Part shown: positions 13,901-27,563 of the stretch, piece by piece
Layout of the letters: every line of letters begins with the position of its first letter
Numbering within the stretch: the stretch's first letter is position 1
Assembly (NCBI GenBank): GCA_000165425.1
Contig: CT868057.1
Coordinates: 124,001-188,000, forward strand
Direction: 5' to 3'
Source of the DNA: Paramecium tetraurelia
Lineage: Eukaryota
Length of the DNA stretch: 64,000 bases
Made by a program: the position numbers and the translations under genes
Notes under the pieces: model-generated
What the model saw: the letters and a program-made list of their open reading frames with translations, nothing else
Told to the model about the DNA's origin: nothing
Databases searched by the model: none

Positions 13901-16420
13901 GTCGAAGTCGAGGATGACACTTCTATTAAAGAATTTGAAGATTTAATCATTGAATAATATAAGCTAGAAAAAGGTTTGATAATCTCATACAAAGAATAGA
14001 TTTTAGATTCAACAAAAACCCTGTTAGACTATTAAATTAAAGATAATTCGGTTCTCAACTTCAAATAAAAAGCAAACTAAGTTAACCTTGTTATTCAGGC
14101 CTTCCATCAAACTGTAGATTTTAATTTTAGTAAAGAGACAAAAATTAGTAATATGATTGAAGATATAAGGAGAAGATTTAATTCAGTAGATCAATTGATG
14201 ATCTAAAAAGAGAATGGAGAAATTTTAAATCCAGATTTCACTATAAAGCAATATGGGCTTTTTGATACATAGACCTTAATTGTAATTCCAAAATAAAATA
14301 AATAACCTGAATAAGTGATGCCGATAGGAAGAAAAATAAATGTGATAGTAGATTATAATGGGAAAAAAATATAGGTTGAAGTTTCTGATAACACAGTCGT
14401 ATCATAGTTCATTGAATAAATCAGACCAAATTTATAACTTTAAGGAGAAGTTTAACTTAATCTTGAGGGATAATAAGTTCTAAATCCTTTCGAAACTTTA
14501 GTCAATTAGAAAGTTTAAAAAGGAAGTCGATTAATTGTTAATCAAATGAAATAAGGTTCCTCTCCCATAAATATAAGATCACTATTCCTGACGATCGATT
14601 ATAAAGGTAACCGTACTACATTAGAAGTTACTGATGATACTCTTGTCTCTGAATTAATTTTTACGATGAAAGGTAATTTATAAATCAAAGAAGATTGCAA
14701 TTTGTGCTTTGAAAATAAAAAAGTTCTGCAACCAAATTCATCAATAAAGGATTAAAATGTTGATAACAACTTGGTTTTATATTTAATTCCGATTGTGGAT
14801 AATGCCTAGAAGCAACCTTCCTAATAATCACCTTAATTACTTCAATAAGAAATATTTTTGAACTTTTATTATTAAAATTAAACCACTGATTTAAAAATTG
14901 ATCCTAATATATTAGTGAAGTAATTGATTGAAGGTATTCAAAGCAATTTGAATTTATAGGAAAAATTTTAATTAAGTTTGGATGGCAAAAATATATTGAA
15001 TGAGGAATAGTCTTTGGCTGCTTTAAAAATATAGGATAAGAGCACTTTATATCCAATTTTCGACCAGAAACCTCAATAATAACAAGATTAAGAGAATTTC
15101 AGTTTATATATAGATTATTAGAATAATCAGCATTAGATTGTAATATCATCTAATTCATTAGGAAATGAGTTGGTGGAAATGGTTAAAAAAATCACTTTAA
15201 ACATACCAATAATAAATATACTGATTGATGGAAAAACTCCTTTGATCTTAGATAAGACTCTGAAGGCTTAGAATTTGAAGAACCATAGTCATCTCTAAGT
15301 TCAAGTTTAAGGATAAATGTATGGATCACAATTACAATGGCAATAACAATAACAATAACAATAACCGTTTTAATCCTCTTAATAATAAAAATAATAATTC
15401 CCCACTATGAATTAAAACCCGTTCTTTTAGAATCAGCCTAATAATTTTTAAATACAACCATAAAATAATAAACAAGGACCTCCAATAAATTAATAATTAA
15501 ATCCATTTTAAAAATTTGGTCCCCCTAATTAGCAAAACCAATTTGATGGTTCTAATTAAAGTTCATAATTCTTAAATAGTTCTGGATACTAACAATAATT
15601 TCCCTTATAGTCTTAAGCAGGTCTCTCTTAGTAATTTTAAAGATTTCCAACACAATTTTAAAAACCACAACAATAGCCAATGGGTGGAATTCCTTAGTAA
15701 TAATATAACCTTACTTTATCCTAATAAAACAAACCAATTGTAATTTAGCTGAAATACATGAATTAATTTTCAAGGTAGGAATTCAATAAAAACAATTCAG
15801 TATCAGATATGATTAAACGTTGCTAGGAAATATTTAATATACCATAAGAACCAACAATTCAACGTAATGGTCAGGATTTGAATTCTTCATAGGTTTTAGA
15901 ATCATGTAGATTCTAAGAATTCGAAATTTTAGAAGTTGTTTTAAAGCAATCAAATCCATTTATTTTGAATATTTCAGTGCAAAACAACAATATTCAAGTG
16001 GAAACAGATTTAGATTAATAGATTTTTGAGTTTATGGATGAGTTGAAAGTAGCATACAGTATCAATTATGCCACAGAACTCGTGTATAATCAAATACAGT
16101 TACTTCCAGATAAGACTTTTAGGTAATAGAATATTCCAAATAACAGTTATTTGATTTTGAGATAGAAACAACTAAATGGTAAATTGAAGATTACATAAAG
16201 TTTAAATTTAATGATTGTCAAAGTTAGAGATGGAATGAATTTGATACAGATTGAAATACCTCCCACAGCAACTGTTTAAGATTTTGAGAAAAAGGTTAAG
16301 GAAAAGATAATAATAAACACTAATTGTAGATTTTAATTCAACATGATGATTTTGAACCCATAGTAAACTTTAGCTCAATAAGGAATAAACAACAATTGTG
16401 AAGTATTGTTGCTTCGATGA
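10994..16420 (+). CDS. Giant multi-ubiquitin-like-domain protein (about 20 UBL domains, Q-rich linkers), 1808 aa
   Basis: 5427 nt from ATG to TGA in one frame; repeated ~70-aa units such as IEVTVDTQIQELVDTVKQLHQINENIVLKLNQQILPNNLTLEQLLIKKGHTL and VEVEDDTSIKEF...ILDSTKTLLDYQIKDNSVL follow the beta-grasp UBL pattern. Confidence 0.85.
11558..13365 (+). repeat. Coding tandem array, 7 units of 264 bp (first spacing 270 bp)
   Basis: Anchor resembling agctgaagtt recurs at 11761, 12031, 12295, 12559, 12823, 13087 and 13351. Confidence 0.95.
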
Positions 16421-16456
16421 TGAATTTAATTTACATCATTTAATATATATTAAATT

Positions 16457-17068
16457 TCATAAATCTCTGGCATCTTCAAAACTTAAGATAAAGACAGTGT
16501 GAGGATAATAGCTGACACCTCGTTCATCTGTTTTAAATTAATAAGAAACTTGGCACGTGAATCCAGAAGCATTCAAGACTCCCTGAGGGATAGAAATTAT
16601 TCCTTACTTTCAGAATCCCACACATAAATTATGCAGGGGATATATGTCCTTCTTCTGAAATATATTTGAGAAGCAATGGATTCTCATCTCTAATAAGATA
16701 ATCATTGGGTCTATCCTTCAACCTTTCAATTGATTCTGCTTGTCTACCAAAGAGGTGTTTCCAAAACTAGCCATGCATATTTGATTTACAATCCCTTAGA
16801 TGAACCTCAATTGTTCAACTAATTTGGTTTCCCTTTTATTTCGTTCTCTAAGACTCACTACTTCATAAAGTCGGATTCCCACTGAGACTCCTAATTGTTC
16901 CATTTTGGAGTTCATCTCATCGTAATCGTTCCCGTGTTTTCTCTTCAAGTAGCAAATGTATCTAGATATTGAATGAAAGTACTCAGCAAAGATATAATTG
17001 AATGTGCAGAAATTCAATTCAGGCCTTTGTTATCTAATATTCTTGTCAAGAAACTAAAATTTTTTCAT
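16457..17068 (-). CDS. TRAPPC5: TRAPP complex subunit Trs31/TRAPPC5; 2 introns
   Basis: KMEQLGVSVGIRLYE, KRETKLVEQLRFIQGIFWKHLFGRQAESIE, YLIRDENPLLLKYIS, FMCGILKGVLNASGF. Confidence 0.85.
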
Positions 17069-17092
17069 GATTATATGAATTAACTAACATTT

Positions 17093-18254
17093 TCATAATT
17101 GCTTTAATGATTCAGCAAATTATTCAATAAGAGTCATAAGATTCTTGCCATTCATACATGTTGCGTCAACCAAAGCACTACATACAAGATAGGGATCCAT
17201 ATTGGCTGCAGGTCTTCTATCCTCCAAATACCTAAAATTACTCAAATATAATATACCCCTTGCCTAATTCTTTTGTAATGATTGGTACTCTAATGGAACA
17301 TCCCCTTGATCCATCACCCCAAGAAAATTGATTATATTCTCCAGTTTCATGTTTACCTGTCAATCTCGCTTCATTGTTTAATCCATACAACAACATCATT
17401 TTTTGGTGATTCTTTTCCAAAAGAGGCAACATAAATTCTTTGATGTATTCATAACCTCCATTTTCCCTTGTCTTCGTTGTTGAGAAATTGCAATGAGCAC
17501 CTGTGCCATTCCAATCTCCTTGAATTGGCTTTGGATCATAATTGATATCAATGCCAAACTCTTCGCCCAATCTCTCCAATATGTATCTTGCCAACCATAA
17601 ATGATCTCCTGCCTCAATTCCATGAGCAATTCCAATTTGAAATTCCCATTATGATGGAGCCACTTCTGAATTAATTCCTGACAACTTCAGTCCAGCGTAG
17701 AGACAGGCTCGTTAATGAGCTTCAGATAAGGCTCTCCCGAAGTTGTTGCGTTCTCCTATTGAACAATAATATCTTCCCTACGGATATGGAAAACCTCCGA
17801 CAGGCCATCCCAAAGGCCATAGGTGGGTTGTCCCTGTTCTCTTCAACATAAAATACTCTTATTCAATGCCAAACCAAGGATCAATGTCACTAGCTTCTTA
17901 CATTATTTTTTCCGCAATCCATCTAAAATTAAAACGTGCTGGTGTTTTACGGTCTGGCTTGTATGTCTCACATAATACAAGTTTATGTGGGTCTCCACGA
18001 AAAGGATCCCTTACCATGCAAACAGGCTTCAAGTAAATCTCACTAAATTTTGTAATTGCTTGATCAGTGGATGAGCCATCAAATGTCCACCATTCAACAT
18101 CATCCAGGCTTTTAATTGGTGTATCGTACACTTTAGTTTTGGATCTCAGTCTCTCTCCAGTACCATCTATCCAAATATACTCAACCAAAACATGTTTGTT
18201 TGTGTTTAGTTTGAAATAGTTAAAATCCCTTAAGTTTTCAATTGTTTCAGTCAT
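17093..18254 (-). CDS. GLN1: Glutamine synthetase (GSII); 1 intron
   Basis: EYIWIDGTG, WTFDGSST, RDPFRG, INSEVAPSQWEFQIG, PKPIQGDWNGTGAHCNFST, RLTGKHET, EDRRPAANMDPY. Confidence 0.97.
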
Positions 18255-18305
18255 TGATTAAATAAATATTTTAATATAATAAATATTTTTATATGATTGA
18301 CGAAC

Positions 18306-18959
18306 TCATGCACCATATTTAGGAAATCTGCCCACTTAAGTAAGGAGTTCTCTCCAAAGACATTGTAATCTCATCACATTTCGTCTGATATATGAAAACT
18401 CATTAATTTATTCTAACGTTTCAATATCGTCAACTCTCATCTAATAATTTGAATAATGTATAAGTGCAATTTGTTTTCCTTAACTTTCTAATTGCTAATA
18501 TTTAAATTGATTTCTTGATTAAAGTGGAAATTCTATATCATTATTATATTATTTGATGTTAGATATGATGAAATATATATGATGCAATTTCTGTTTTTGT
18601 ATTTCTTCCAATACTTTTACTTAATCTTTAAATGCAATAACAATGTCAAAATTCTCAAATAAATTATCTTAATATTAATCATAGCTTGTCAATTTAAATT
18701 CATCGTATTGTTTTCCAATAACAGCTGTTTTAGCACCATAACTTATTTAAGAGTAGAATTGAGCATCACTGATCAAATTAACTTCAAGAATTTCCTCATC
18801 ATTTTGTTAGTTTTATTGAATTTGATGAAATCCCCCCTTCTTCATTCCCATCAATTCCAATAGAAAGTCCTCTTATTCTTGGACCACAATAGTAGTATTG
18901 CCTTTTTTGATGAAGTCTTGGCAATCGTAATCGATTATTAGTGCCACCTTGCCCTTCAT
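18306..18959 (-). CDS. Hypothetical protein; needs an unusually long (41 nt) intron or a frameshift near 18745-18785
   Basis: MKGKVALIIDYDCQDFIKKG start frame joins a long downstream frame ending at TGA 18306. Confidence 0.5.
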
Positions 18960-18984
18960 ATTAATTATAAATAATAATAAAGGT

Positions 18985-21900
18985 ATGAAGCTAAGCCAAG
19001 TTGCACCGATGCCAATAAAAGTAGATATACATCTAATAGTAGCAAGAAGTTGAGGACTTCGAGAATAGAGTAACCCTGAGATTGTATTTGGAGAAACTGC
19101 TGAGTCAGAAGTGGGGTCGATATTTAGACATATTTTCTGGATTCATTAGTTTGACATCCTGCATGATCTATTTGGGCACAACTTACTTTAGCAATGTGGA
19201 TTGGCTGAGTACTATAGACATCATAGTGTGTTCCCTTTATTTATTTGAATACCTTTTGAAAACATTTGCTGCTTAACACAGACTGCAATACATACTAGAA
19301 GTGAATTCAGCAGTAGAATTATTTACATTGATGCCCTTGTTTATATTATAGGAATAAGAGAATTGGGACTATTTAACAAGATTGATAAACATCTCCAGAG
19401 TGATAAGATTCCTAAGAGTGGTTAAGACGATTTCTAAGTACTACCAAATTGGTGACAATGAATTCGGAGGTGTTAATAAATAAATTTACACAATATCCTT
19501 GACAATTCTGACTTTGATTATTGTGACTGCAGGAGTTTTATAAGCATTTGAATCTCCAAAGAGAAAGGAACTAATAGCACTAGATGAAGAAAATCAGTGC
19601 GGAGCATCAGTGGATGAGTGTACCTTTCACGAAATGGTGTACTTTACAGTGGTGACACTAGCCACAGTAGGTTATGGAGATGTAACTCCTTAGACAGAAG
19701 AAGGGAGAGTTTGTGTGATTGTATTGATCATCATTGTGTTGGTTGTAATACCCAAACAGATGAATGAATTGATTAGATTGATGGGATTACAAAGTGTCTA
19801 TGCAAGAGCATTCTATAAATGGAATCCAGAAGTTCCACACATCATTATTTGTGGACATGTAAGTGTTGCAGCCCTGAGAAACTTTTGTAGTGAGCTTTTC
19901 CATCAAGATCATGGCAGTCAAGATAAGAATGCTATCATTATGAGGTTGACTAAACCTAATACTGAGATGGAGATCTTCTTGCACAATCCAAAATATGAGT
20001 TATTCTTGACTTATCTATAAGGCAGTCCTATGGTTGATAGAGATCTCAAAAGAGCTGCAGCTACTTAAGCTAAGGCTTGTGTGATATTGACCAATAAACA
20101 AATAGTTAATAGTCAATCCTCAGATCATAAGAATATATTGATTGGATTGTAAATCAAAAAGTATGTTAATCATATCACAGGTGGAAATATACGTCTATGT
20201 ATGCAATTGATCAAACCAGAAAGCAAGTTGAATTATAGACAAGCTCTAGGCTTGAAAGTCATAACAGATTAGATCATCTCTGTTGAAGAATTTAAGATGA
20301 ATCTTTTGGCTAAATCTTGTTTCTGTCCTGGTATAATTGCTTTGATTGGCAATCTGATTACATCTGCAGGAGAATAAGAAGGAGATATGGAATATGAATG
20401 GTTAAATGAATATACTAAGGGAATGGGACATGAAATATATAGGACTGATCTAAGCTTTAAATTTTAAGGCAAAAGTTTTAGTGAAGTAGCCACCATAGTT
20501 TACAATGAATTTAAGGGTATATTGTTTGGCATAGAATTTGACATCGGCAAATACACTATAATTCGATTGAATCCAGGTAGTTACATCATTCCTAACACAA
20601 CAGAGGCTAATGTTCATGCATATATCATTTGTGAGGATAAAAAGGTTGCTGATTAAGTGGCAACTTATGAGATGACTACTGAGGAAATTGCTAATTACCA
20701 TTATCAGTTATTGTAAAAATCCAAGTAAAAAGAAAAACTACCAGATGATGAAGAAGAAGAGAAATTTGATGATCCTCTTCTTTATGGAAAAGATTCTATC
20801 GAAGAAGCTGAAATGTTAGAATAAGATTATGTTCTTGACCCAGAACCTATTTCCTTAATGACTGTTACTCCAACATCCTTATAAGACTCAACAGAAATCA
20901 CCAATCATATTGTCGTTTGTGGAATCCATCCATCTATCTATTACTTCTTACTAGCACTCAGAGCTAAGTATCTTAAAGAACTTCAATTTGTTGTGATTTT
21001 AGCTCCTGAATAACCAACCAAATAATGGGAATACATTAACAGATTTCCCAAGGTTAGATTCATCAAGGGATCCCCTTTAACATCAGATGGGCTATTAAGA
21101 GCTAACATTAACTTTGCTGATAAGGCTGTCATTTTCGCTTAAGGTTCAGATTAATCAATCGATGAAGTCGGAGATGCAATAGATGAAATGCATGATGCAG
21201 AATCCATATTTATTTACAAGGCCATTAAAAAACTCAACCCATCTATTTAAATTATGATTGAGCTTGTTTATAGTTCTAATATAGAATTTCTACTTGAAAA
21301 AGATTACCAATATTAAAATGAGTTCAAATATGAATTTGTATTACCTCCACATTTATATTTTATAGACCCCCCTTTAGGCTTCTGGAGAAGTCTATATTTC
21401 AGCCATTATAGATACTCTTACATGCTAGGCTTACTTCAATCCGCACATTGTGACTATTCTATAATAAATCCTAACCGGTTAGAGATAGTCAACTCAAGTT
21501 ATAAGAGCTATTTGTGAGCATGCTGATCTAAAAGACTCCAATCTATATTAAGTGCCTGTTCCAGAAGATTATCTTGTAAATTTTTATTGGATTATTTTAT
21601 CTAGAATAAAACCTTTGGAGAACTATTTAATTACTTATCTACAGAAAGGCATCTTATTCCTCTTGGGTTGTATAGAATGGCTGGAGCTGTTGATAATAAA
21701 CATCCTTATGTTTACACTAATCCTCCATCAGAAACTAAATTGACTCACAGGGATAAGGTCTTCGTCCTAGCCCATCAATTACCAGCTGATTTAACTGGAG
21801 GAAGCAATCTTGATTTAAAGGCAATGCAAATGGAAGGAAAATAACTTGATATTGAAAATGAAAATAAGGGACTCATCCAAGACAAATTTAAAAATCAAAT

Positions 21901-22218
21901 TTAAAATGGAATGCAAAAGACTTTAAGTAATTACTAGATTTAATTTTAGTTAAATAGAAAAATGATAAAATGGTTGTATTTTCAGGCGTCAGTAAAAGTC
22001 ATAAGATTTTGGATCTTGACAATCTCAATGTTAGTAAGTCAATTATGTTATCATTAGATTCCACTACCTTTACAATGTTGGATTAGATTAACGAGACCAT
22101 ATCATTGATTAAAGAATAAATACAATCTGTTTAAACTAATCTTTTATTACAAGAAGACGAAATCGTGGAGAAATGTAGAACAGCTGTTAGATACGAATTA
22201 ACAACTTTGATTTAATGA
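18985..22218 (+). CDS. Slo/BK-type calcium-activated K+ channel with RCK domains; several small introns
   Basis: S4-like ISRVIRFLRVVK, pore VYFTVVTLATVGYGDV, HIIICGHVS, NFCSELFHQD, LLAKSCFCPG, GMGHEIY, FIKGSPL...LLRANI, PYVYTNP. Confidence 0.93.
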
Positions 22219-22849
22219 TATGTATTACTAGATTTTTAAAAATTTTAAAATTTCCATATATTCAACTAAAATGTTCCTTATAAGGCAATTTTATTGGTAT
22301 ACATTTCATTCTTAGGCAAGAGTAATTATGTCATAGCATTATGAACAGGTTGCTCCGACATCACTTTAAATAGATTTAAAAATAAATAAAACTCATTACA
22401 TAAGTAATTATTTATAAATTAGAAGTAAATTCTTCAGATGACAATATTTATTATTTATCAAACGCAAATTAATTTAATTAGTTATTTTTATATCAATTAA
22501 AAGCATTACGTCATATTCAACTAGATTTTTTTATTCCACTATTGAGGGATTAAGCACTTCATAAAGTAAAATTGTTTGTCAAATATTACAATTAAATATT
22601 TCTAAAATCAATGCTTTTCTATAATCAACCCTTCATAAGTAAAATCAAAATTAAAGTGGACATAAAGGTTGAGGAATTTTCTGCCTTCTTTCAATTCTGT
22701 TGACCACTTCCTAATTTATATAATTTTTGATATATTGACTGGGATGAATTTGGCAGATCTCCAATTGCAAGAAGAAATTCTTCAAAAGTAAAGGTTTCTT
22801 GCTGCAGAGTGTTGGAGTATTTTAAATATTCCCCATAAAAGTTTATAAT

Positions 22850-23358
22850 CACTAGTAATAATTATATACAAACTCATATAAATTTTATCCTTTATCTGAA
22901 AAAAATGGCCTTTTATCACATCCATCCTTTAACATATTTAAATTTATCACTCTTCTCACTTTAGGGGGTTTTCTGTGTGTGTATGATGTGATATTTAATA
23001 GAGCTGGCGATTCATATGTTCTTTAAGGAGAACTATATCGAGGAATGGGTTGAAATACTACCTTACCGTTCTTTCGCCTTTTTAAAACTCTGGTTTCTGG
23101 AGTAAACAATCTTGTTTGAGGATTGTCGAAGCTGTTAATCTGGCTTTAGCAATTAAAAGTTCGGTTAATGTGCACATTTTCAAAGATGTCACAAAGTACT
23201 CCTTGTTCTTTGCTTTTTCTTTCATTCGATGTTTTATATCTGGTAGAGTAAAATCCCTAATCCCTCGACTTCTAGTTTATGGGAGATGCTTTCCCCAAGA
23301 TTTGGAGGTCATATTGTGTTTGAGTCAAATTCCTGGAGGTTTATTGAGCTTTTTACAT
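22850..23358 (-). CDS. Possible hypothetical protein, structure unresolved
   Basis: Open ciliate-code frame MQKAQQTSRNLTQ...; 3' end and splicing ambiguous. Confidence 0.3.
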
Positions 23359-23396
23359 GGAATTGTGTATAGATCCATTTCAATATTTATAATAAA

Positions 23397-24127
23397 ATGA
23401 GTTTTGCTCTACCTTCTTCAAAATTACCACTTGTATACCGACACCCCTACCAAGGATTCGTCAATGTTTTACCCTATATTGATGGGGAATTAGATGCCAA
23501 AACTTAAAACATAGTATTGAATGTTACACTACACAGGTCGATCGTCTGATTCAATAAGAAATGTCAAACATGGACCCTCAGGATTATTTGCATGAATTGC
23601 CAATGCCCTAAACGAAGTTAACAGATCTGTTGAAATCAGAGATGGAAAGAGTCTAACAACAGTAACCCATGAATAAAATTGATTTCGAATAGAAACCAAA
23701 TTTCAATGAAGAGTTTTAATCAACCCATGAAATTCAAGAGGCCAATTAATAATTAAATGTGCTTAATCAATACGCTTAAATTAAGTACTTAAAAATCATC
23801 ATACTTTAAGCATAATCAATTCCGAATTGCTCAATAAATATGGCAAAGAATCATGGGCATTATTGCTCAAATCCTAAGAAAATGAGAAGAATAGATTATC
23901 AAATGAGGTTGTCAAGTAATAGCAAGAATTGAATCATATTAATGCATAAAGAAAATACGAACAAGTATCATTTACCTCATATTAAGAATGAAGTCAAATA
24001 TAAATTAGATAGCCTAAAAGCTAAGGTTTAAGAAGTCTTGACAAACAATGCTTAATTGGAAGTTGTTTGTGGAGAATTAGAGCAAGAAATATATGATAAA
24101 CAAAGAAAAAAGTTAAAATTGAATTGA
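23397..24127 (+). CDS. BCAS2: Pre-mRNA splicing factor SPF27/BCAS2; 3 introns
   Basis: VNVLPYIDGE, VDRLIQQEM, DYLHELP, LLKSEMERV, INSELLNKYGKESW, INAQRKYEQ. Confidence 0.85.
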
Positions 24128-24165
24128 TTTTAAAATATATATTATTTATTCTTAATATCATAATC

Positions 24166-26181
24166 TCATTCTGAATGATTTCAAACAAAATCATATTTAT
24201 ATAGATTTATAGTGTGTTAAAACAATATATTTTCAGATAGAAAAGATTAAAAGATAAATCTTCATACTCTTTTAATAGATTAATTGAACCTGAGACTGAT
24301 ATAATAAATTTTATTAAACCGTCATCTCAACCTTAATTTTTATAGATCTCAATGAATAAATTACTTAAATCAAGTTCTTATTATAAATTTGTCAAATCAA
24401 TTTTGGCAATAGATAAATTTGACTGACAATTTTAAAACATATAAAGGAAAAAAAACAATTGTCAATTGTTTAATTTAACTGGGACCCAATTCTGATACTA
24501 AATTCTTCCATTTCTAAGATTTTTAAGGTCAAGAGAAGGAAATTAACTAAATAAATGATTTTAATTGATTAAGCATAAAAAAGAATTGCCAGATGAACTC
24601 ATTCTCCTTAAATTTTTGAATAAATAACACTATGTTAGAACAGTAATAAATTAGTTTTTTTCTTAAACTTTTTATTGTTCCATAGCATATACAATTACAG
24701 AAGGCAGATTGAAATAAATTATACTTTGAAAGCTATTGTTTTGTTAAAAAATTGAATACAATAACAATTTAATGAATGATTTGATCTATAATTCTTTCAT
24801 ATAAATTACTTCAACTTTGAGAAAGTTCCTTCAAGATTTTTGAATAGGCTATAAAAAAATTATTTTAAGAATATAAAATCTCTTTGAGCTTATTTTCCTA
24901 TGTTATATAATTAGCAAGCTTCATCAGACTTTGATACTATTTCTGCGCAAATTCAATTAGTAATTTAAGATCAGTAAATTCCTTTCTCAATTCTTATTTC
25001 CAATTTGTTATTTCTAATTCTATTTTAGGAAACTAAAAATTTTGAATTTCAATCAGATTTAGAATTAATGTAAAGTATTCTTGATAAATCTAGAAATATT
25101 ATTTTATAAACCTGTTTTAGTTTTCTAAAATTTATTGTAAAATTACCTGGTTAATTTAATTATTAGTTTTATCTTCTACTTTACATAATCATTTCATAAT
25201 TCTTTTTCTATTATTCCATCTAACCTTAGCACTCTACTCTATACTTTTATTCATTCTGTAATTACTCTTTATAGTATTGTATTTTTTTTTCATGTTTTTC
25301 TATTGCACAAGCAAAGGTGTTTAAAATTGCTATACATTTTGTGTATATAACATTATTATGTTGTAAAAAATTTTATACTAGGCTTATTTATTAAATTAGT
25401 GTTTAATTTTTTGCAGATTTTACTATTAAACTTAACTTGTTGAGCAAAGTATCTGATATACTCAGTACTAATTTTATTTAATCAACTATTTATTTAATTT
25501 TGTCAATTATCGTTTAATTAGATACAGATTAAGCTGAACTTATTTAGTCTCTAATTAAGTTTTGATTATAGTCTTTTTGAAAGTTTTTCATTTAATATAC
25601 TATTTCTTATGATTTCTATTAGATTTCTTCTTAAGTTTTATTTATTTCTTTTATTTCAACTTAATGCTCCAATTAATTTTATATAGTTTGAAATTTACCC
25701 AAGATCTCTTCCTCACTCTTAATAGTTCTTGCGAATTCATCAATAGTAGATTTTTTGTATTATGTTATGATATTCTGAAAATGATTTACAACTTCCTCAT
25801 AATTAGATAGCAATTTCTGATTTTTTCCAAATAGTTCTTGATTAAATTTGTAAAGCTCTATATTCTATTTCTCTAGATCTTGCTTCCCTTTTTATAGTTC
25901 TTAGTTAGAATTGGATAATTCCTTATTTGAATTGGATAGGTCTTGATTAGATTTGAGTGTAGTTTCATATCTTTCTTTATAGTAAAATGCCGATCCCTGA
26001 ATTTCTTATAATCTATTAAGTCTCTTAATCTCAAGATAAAGTATTTATATTCCTTTAATTAGATCATAAATATTCATCTAACCTAAATGAATAGAGGACT
26101 CTTTTTACTTAATTCATTGGTTATTCCATCTTAATCTTTATCATCTTTATTTAATTTTTGAAACCAATCACTATAGTTCAT
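24166..26181 (-). CDS. Hypothetical coiled-coil, Q/K-rich protein; may be two genes, 3' boundary not fully traced
   Basis: MNYSDWFQKLNKDD start, heptad-like NQDLSNSNKELSNSNQELQKGKQDLEKQN. Confidence 0.45.
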
Positions 26182-26479
26182 AAAATTTATTTAATTTATT
26201 AAAAAAAACTCTATTAGAAAAATAAATCTTTCCACATACCTTTACATAAATAACTTTGCCGTTTCTTGTTCTAACTGTCTTTATTTAAGTATTTAGCAAT
26301 TAATTAAGTTCATGTTCTTTGTTTAATGATTAAGAATTTAATTTAACTTTAAATTGCATTATGGAAGTTAGATTGAGGGGAATAATTATTATATGTATGT
26401 TTATTTCTAAAATAAGATGATATATTATACAGAATTATTTTTCGCAGAAAATATAATTTAAATTTGAACTAAAATAAAA

Positions 26480-27519
26480 ATGCAAAAGTAACAAAATGAG
26501 TAGATTGAGGAAGATGAATATGAAGAAGTGATTTCTTATACATCTTTGGAAAAGTTAGCAATTCCAGGGTTTGGAGCAGTAGATATACAGAGATTAAAGG
26601 ATGCAGGATTTACAACATGTGAATCAATTGCATATACAGCTAAAAAGAATTTAATGAATATCAAAGGCATGACTGATGCCAAGATTGAAAAGTTAGTTGA
26701 GGCTGTGGCTAAACTGGTAGTAAACCAATTTAAGCCAGCTACAGATGTACTAAAGTAAAGAGAAAGAATAGTACATATTTCGACAGGGAGCACCAAATTT
26801 GATAAATTACTTCGAGGAGGAATAGAAACTGGTGGAATAACTGAGATATTCGGTGAATTTAGAACTGGGAAGTCTCAAATTTGTCACACCTTAGCAGTCA
26901 CTTGTCAAATGAATGATGGCAAGGGAAGACCAGGGGGGAAGTGTCTATATATTGATACAGAAGGAACTTTTAGACCAGAGAGGCTGAGTGAAATTGCAAA
27001 GAGATTTGAATTGGGAATAGAGGAAGTCTTAGAGAATGTCTCTTTTGCAAGGGCTTATAATGTAGATGAATAAATGAAGCTACTAATTCAAGCATGTAAT
27101 TTAATGTCTACAGATAAATACGCTTTGTTGATAGTCGACAGTGCAACAGCATTGTATAGAACTGATTATTTGGGGAGAGGAGAGTTATCAGCAAGACAGA
27201 ATCATTTAGGGAAATTCTTGAGGAATCTATAGAGGTTGGCGGATGAAGTATAATTATTAGAGTTATTTTTTAGTTCAATGTAGCAGTTGTAATAACGAAT
27301 CAAGTGATGAGTCAAGTTGAAGGTACAATGATGGCAATGGGTGATCAAAAGAAACCTATTGGAGGTAATATTATGGCCCACGCTTCCACAACAAGATTGT
27401 ATCTGAGAAAAGGGAGAGGGGAGAATAGGATTGTTAAGATCTACGACTCTCCATGCTTGCCGGAATCGGAGGAGCAATACACCATATCACCAGGAGGGAT
27501 CGATGATTGTGCTGATTGA
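26480..27519 (+). CDS. RAD51: Recombinase RAD51; intron 27248-27273
   Basis: [21 protein letters not shown] (Walker A), [38 protein letters not shown] (RAD51 rather than DMC1 signature), [21 protein letters not shown]. Confidence 0.96.
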
Positions 27520-27563
27520 ATTAATTTGTAATATTTATTTTGTAACTAACAAATAAAAGTTAT

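Noticed and set aside
15750..15850. Apparent frameshift in the multi-UBL gene
   Set aside because: Recounting shows the main frame continues cleanly (KPIVIQLKYMNQF...MIKRCQEIFNIPQEP)
22900..23400. Two or three overlapping open frames as dual-coding
   Set aside because: With TGA as the only stop, long alternative open frames are expected by chance; no motif support
26480..27519. DMC1 assignment
   Set aside because: [17 protein letters not shown] and [21 protein letters not shown] fit RAD51 better
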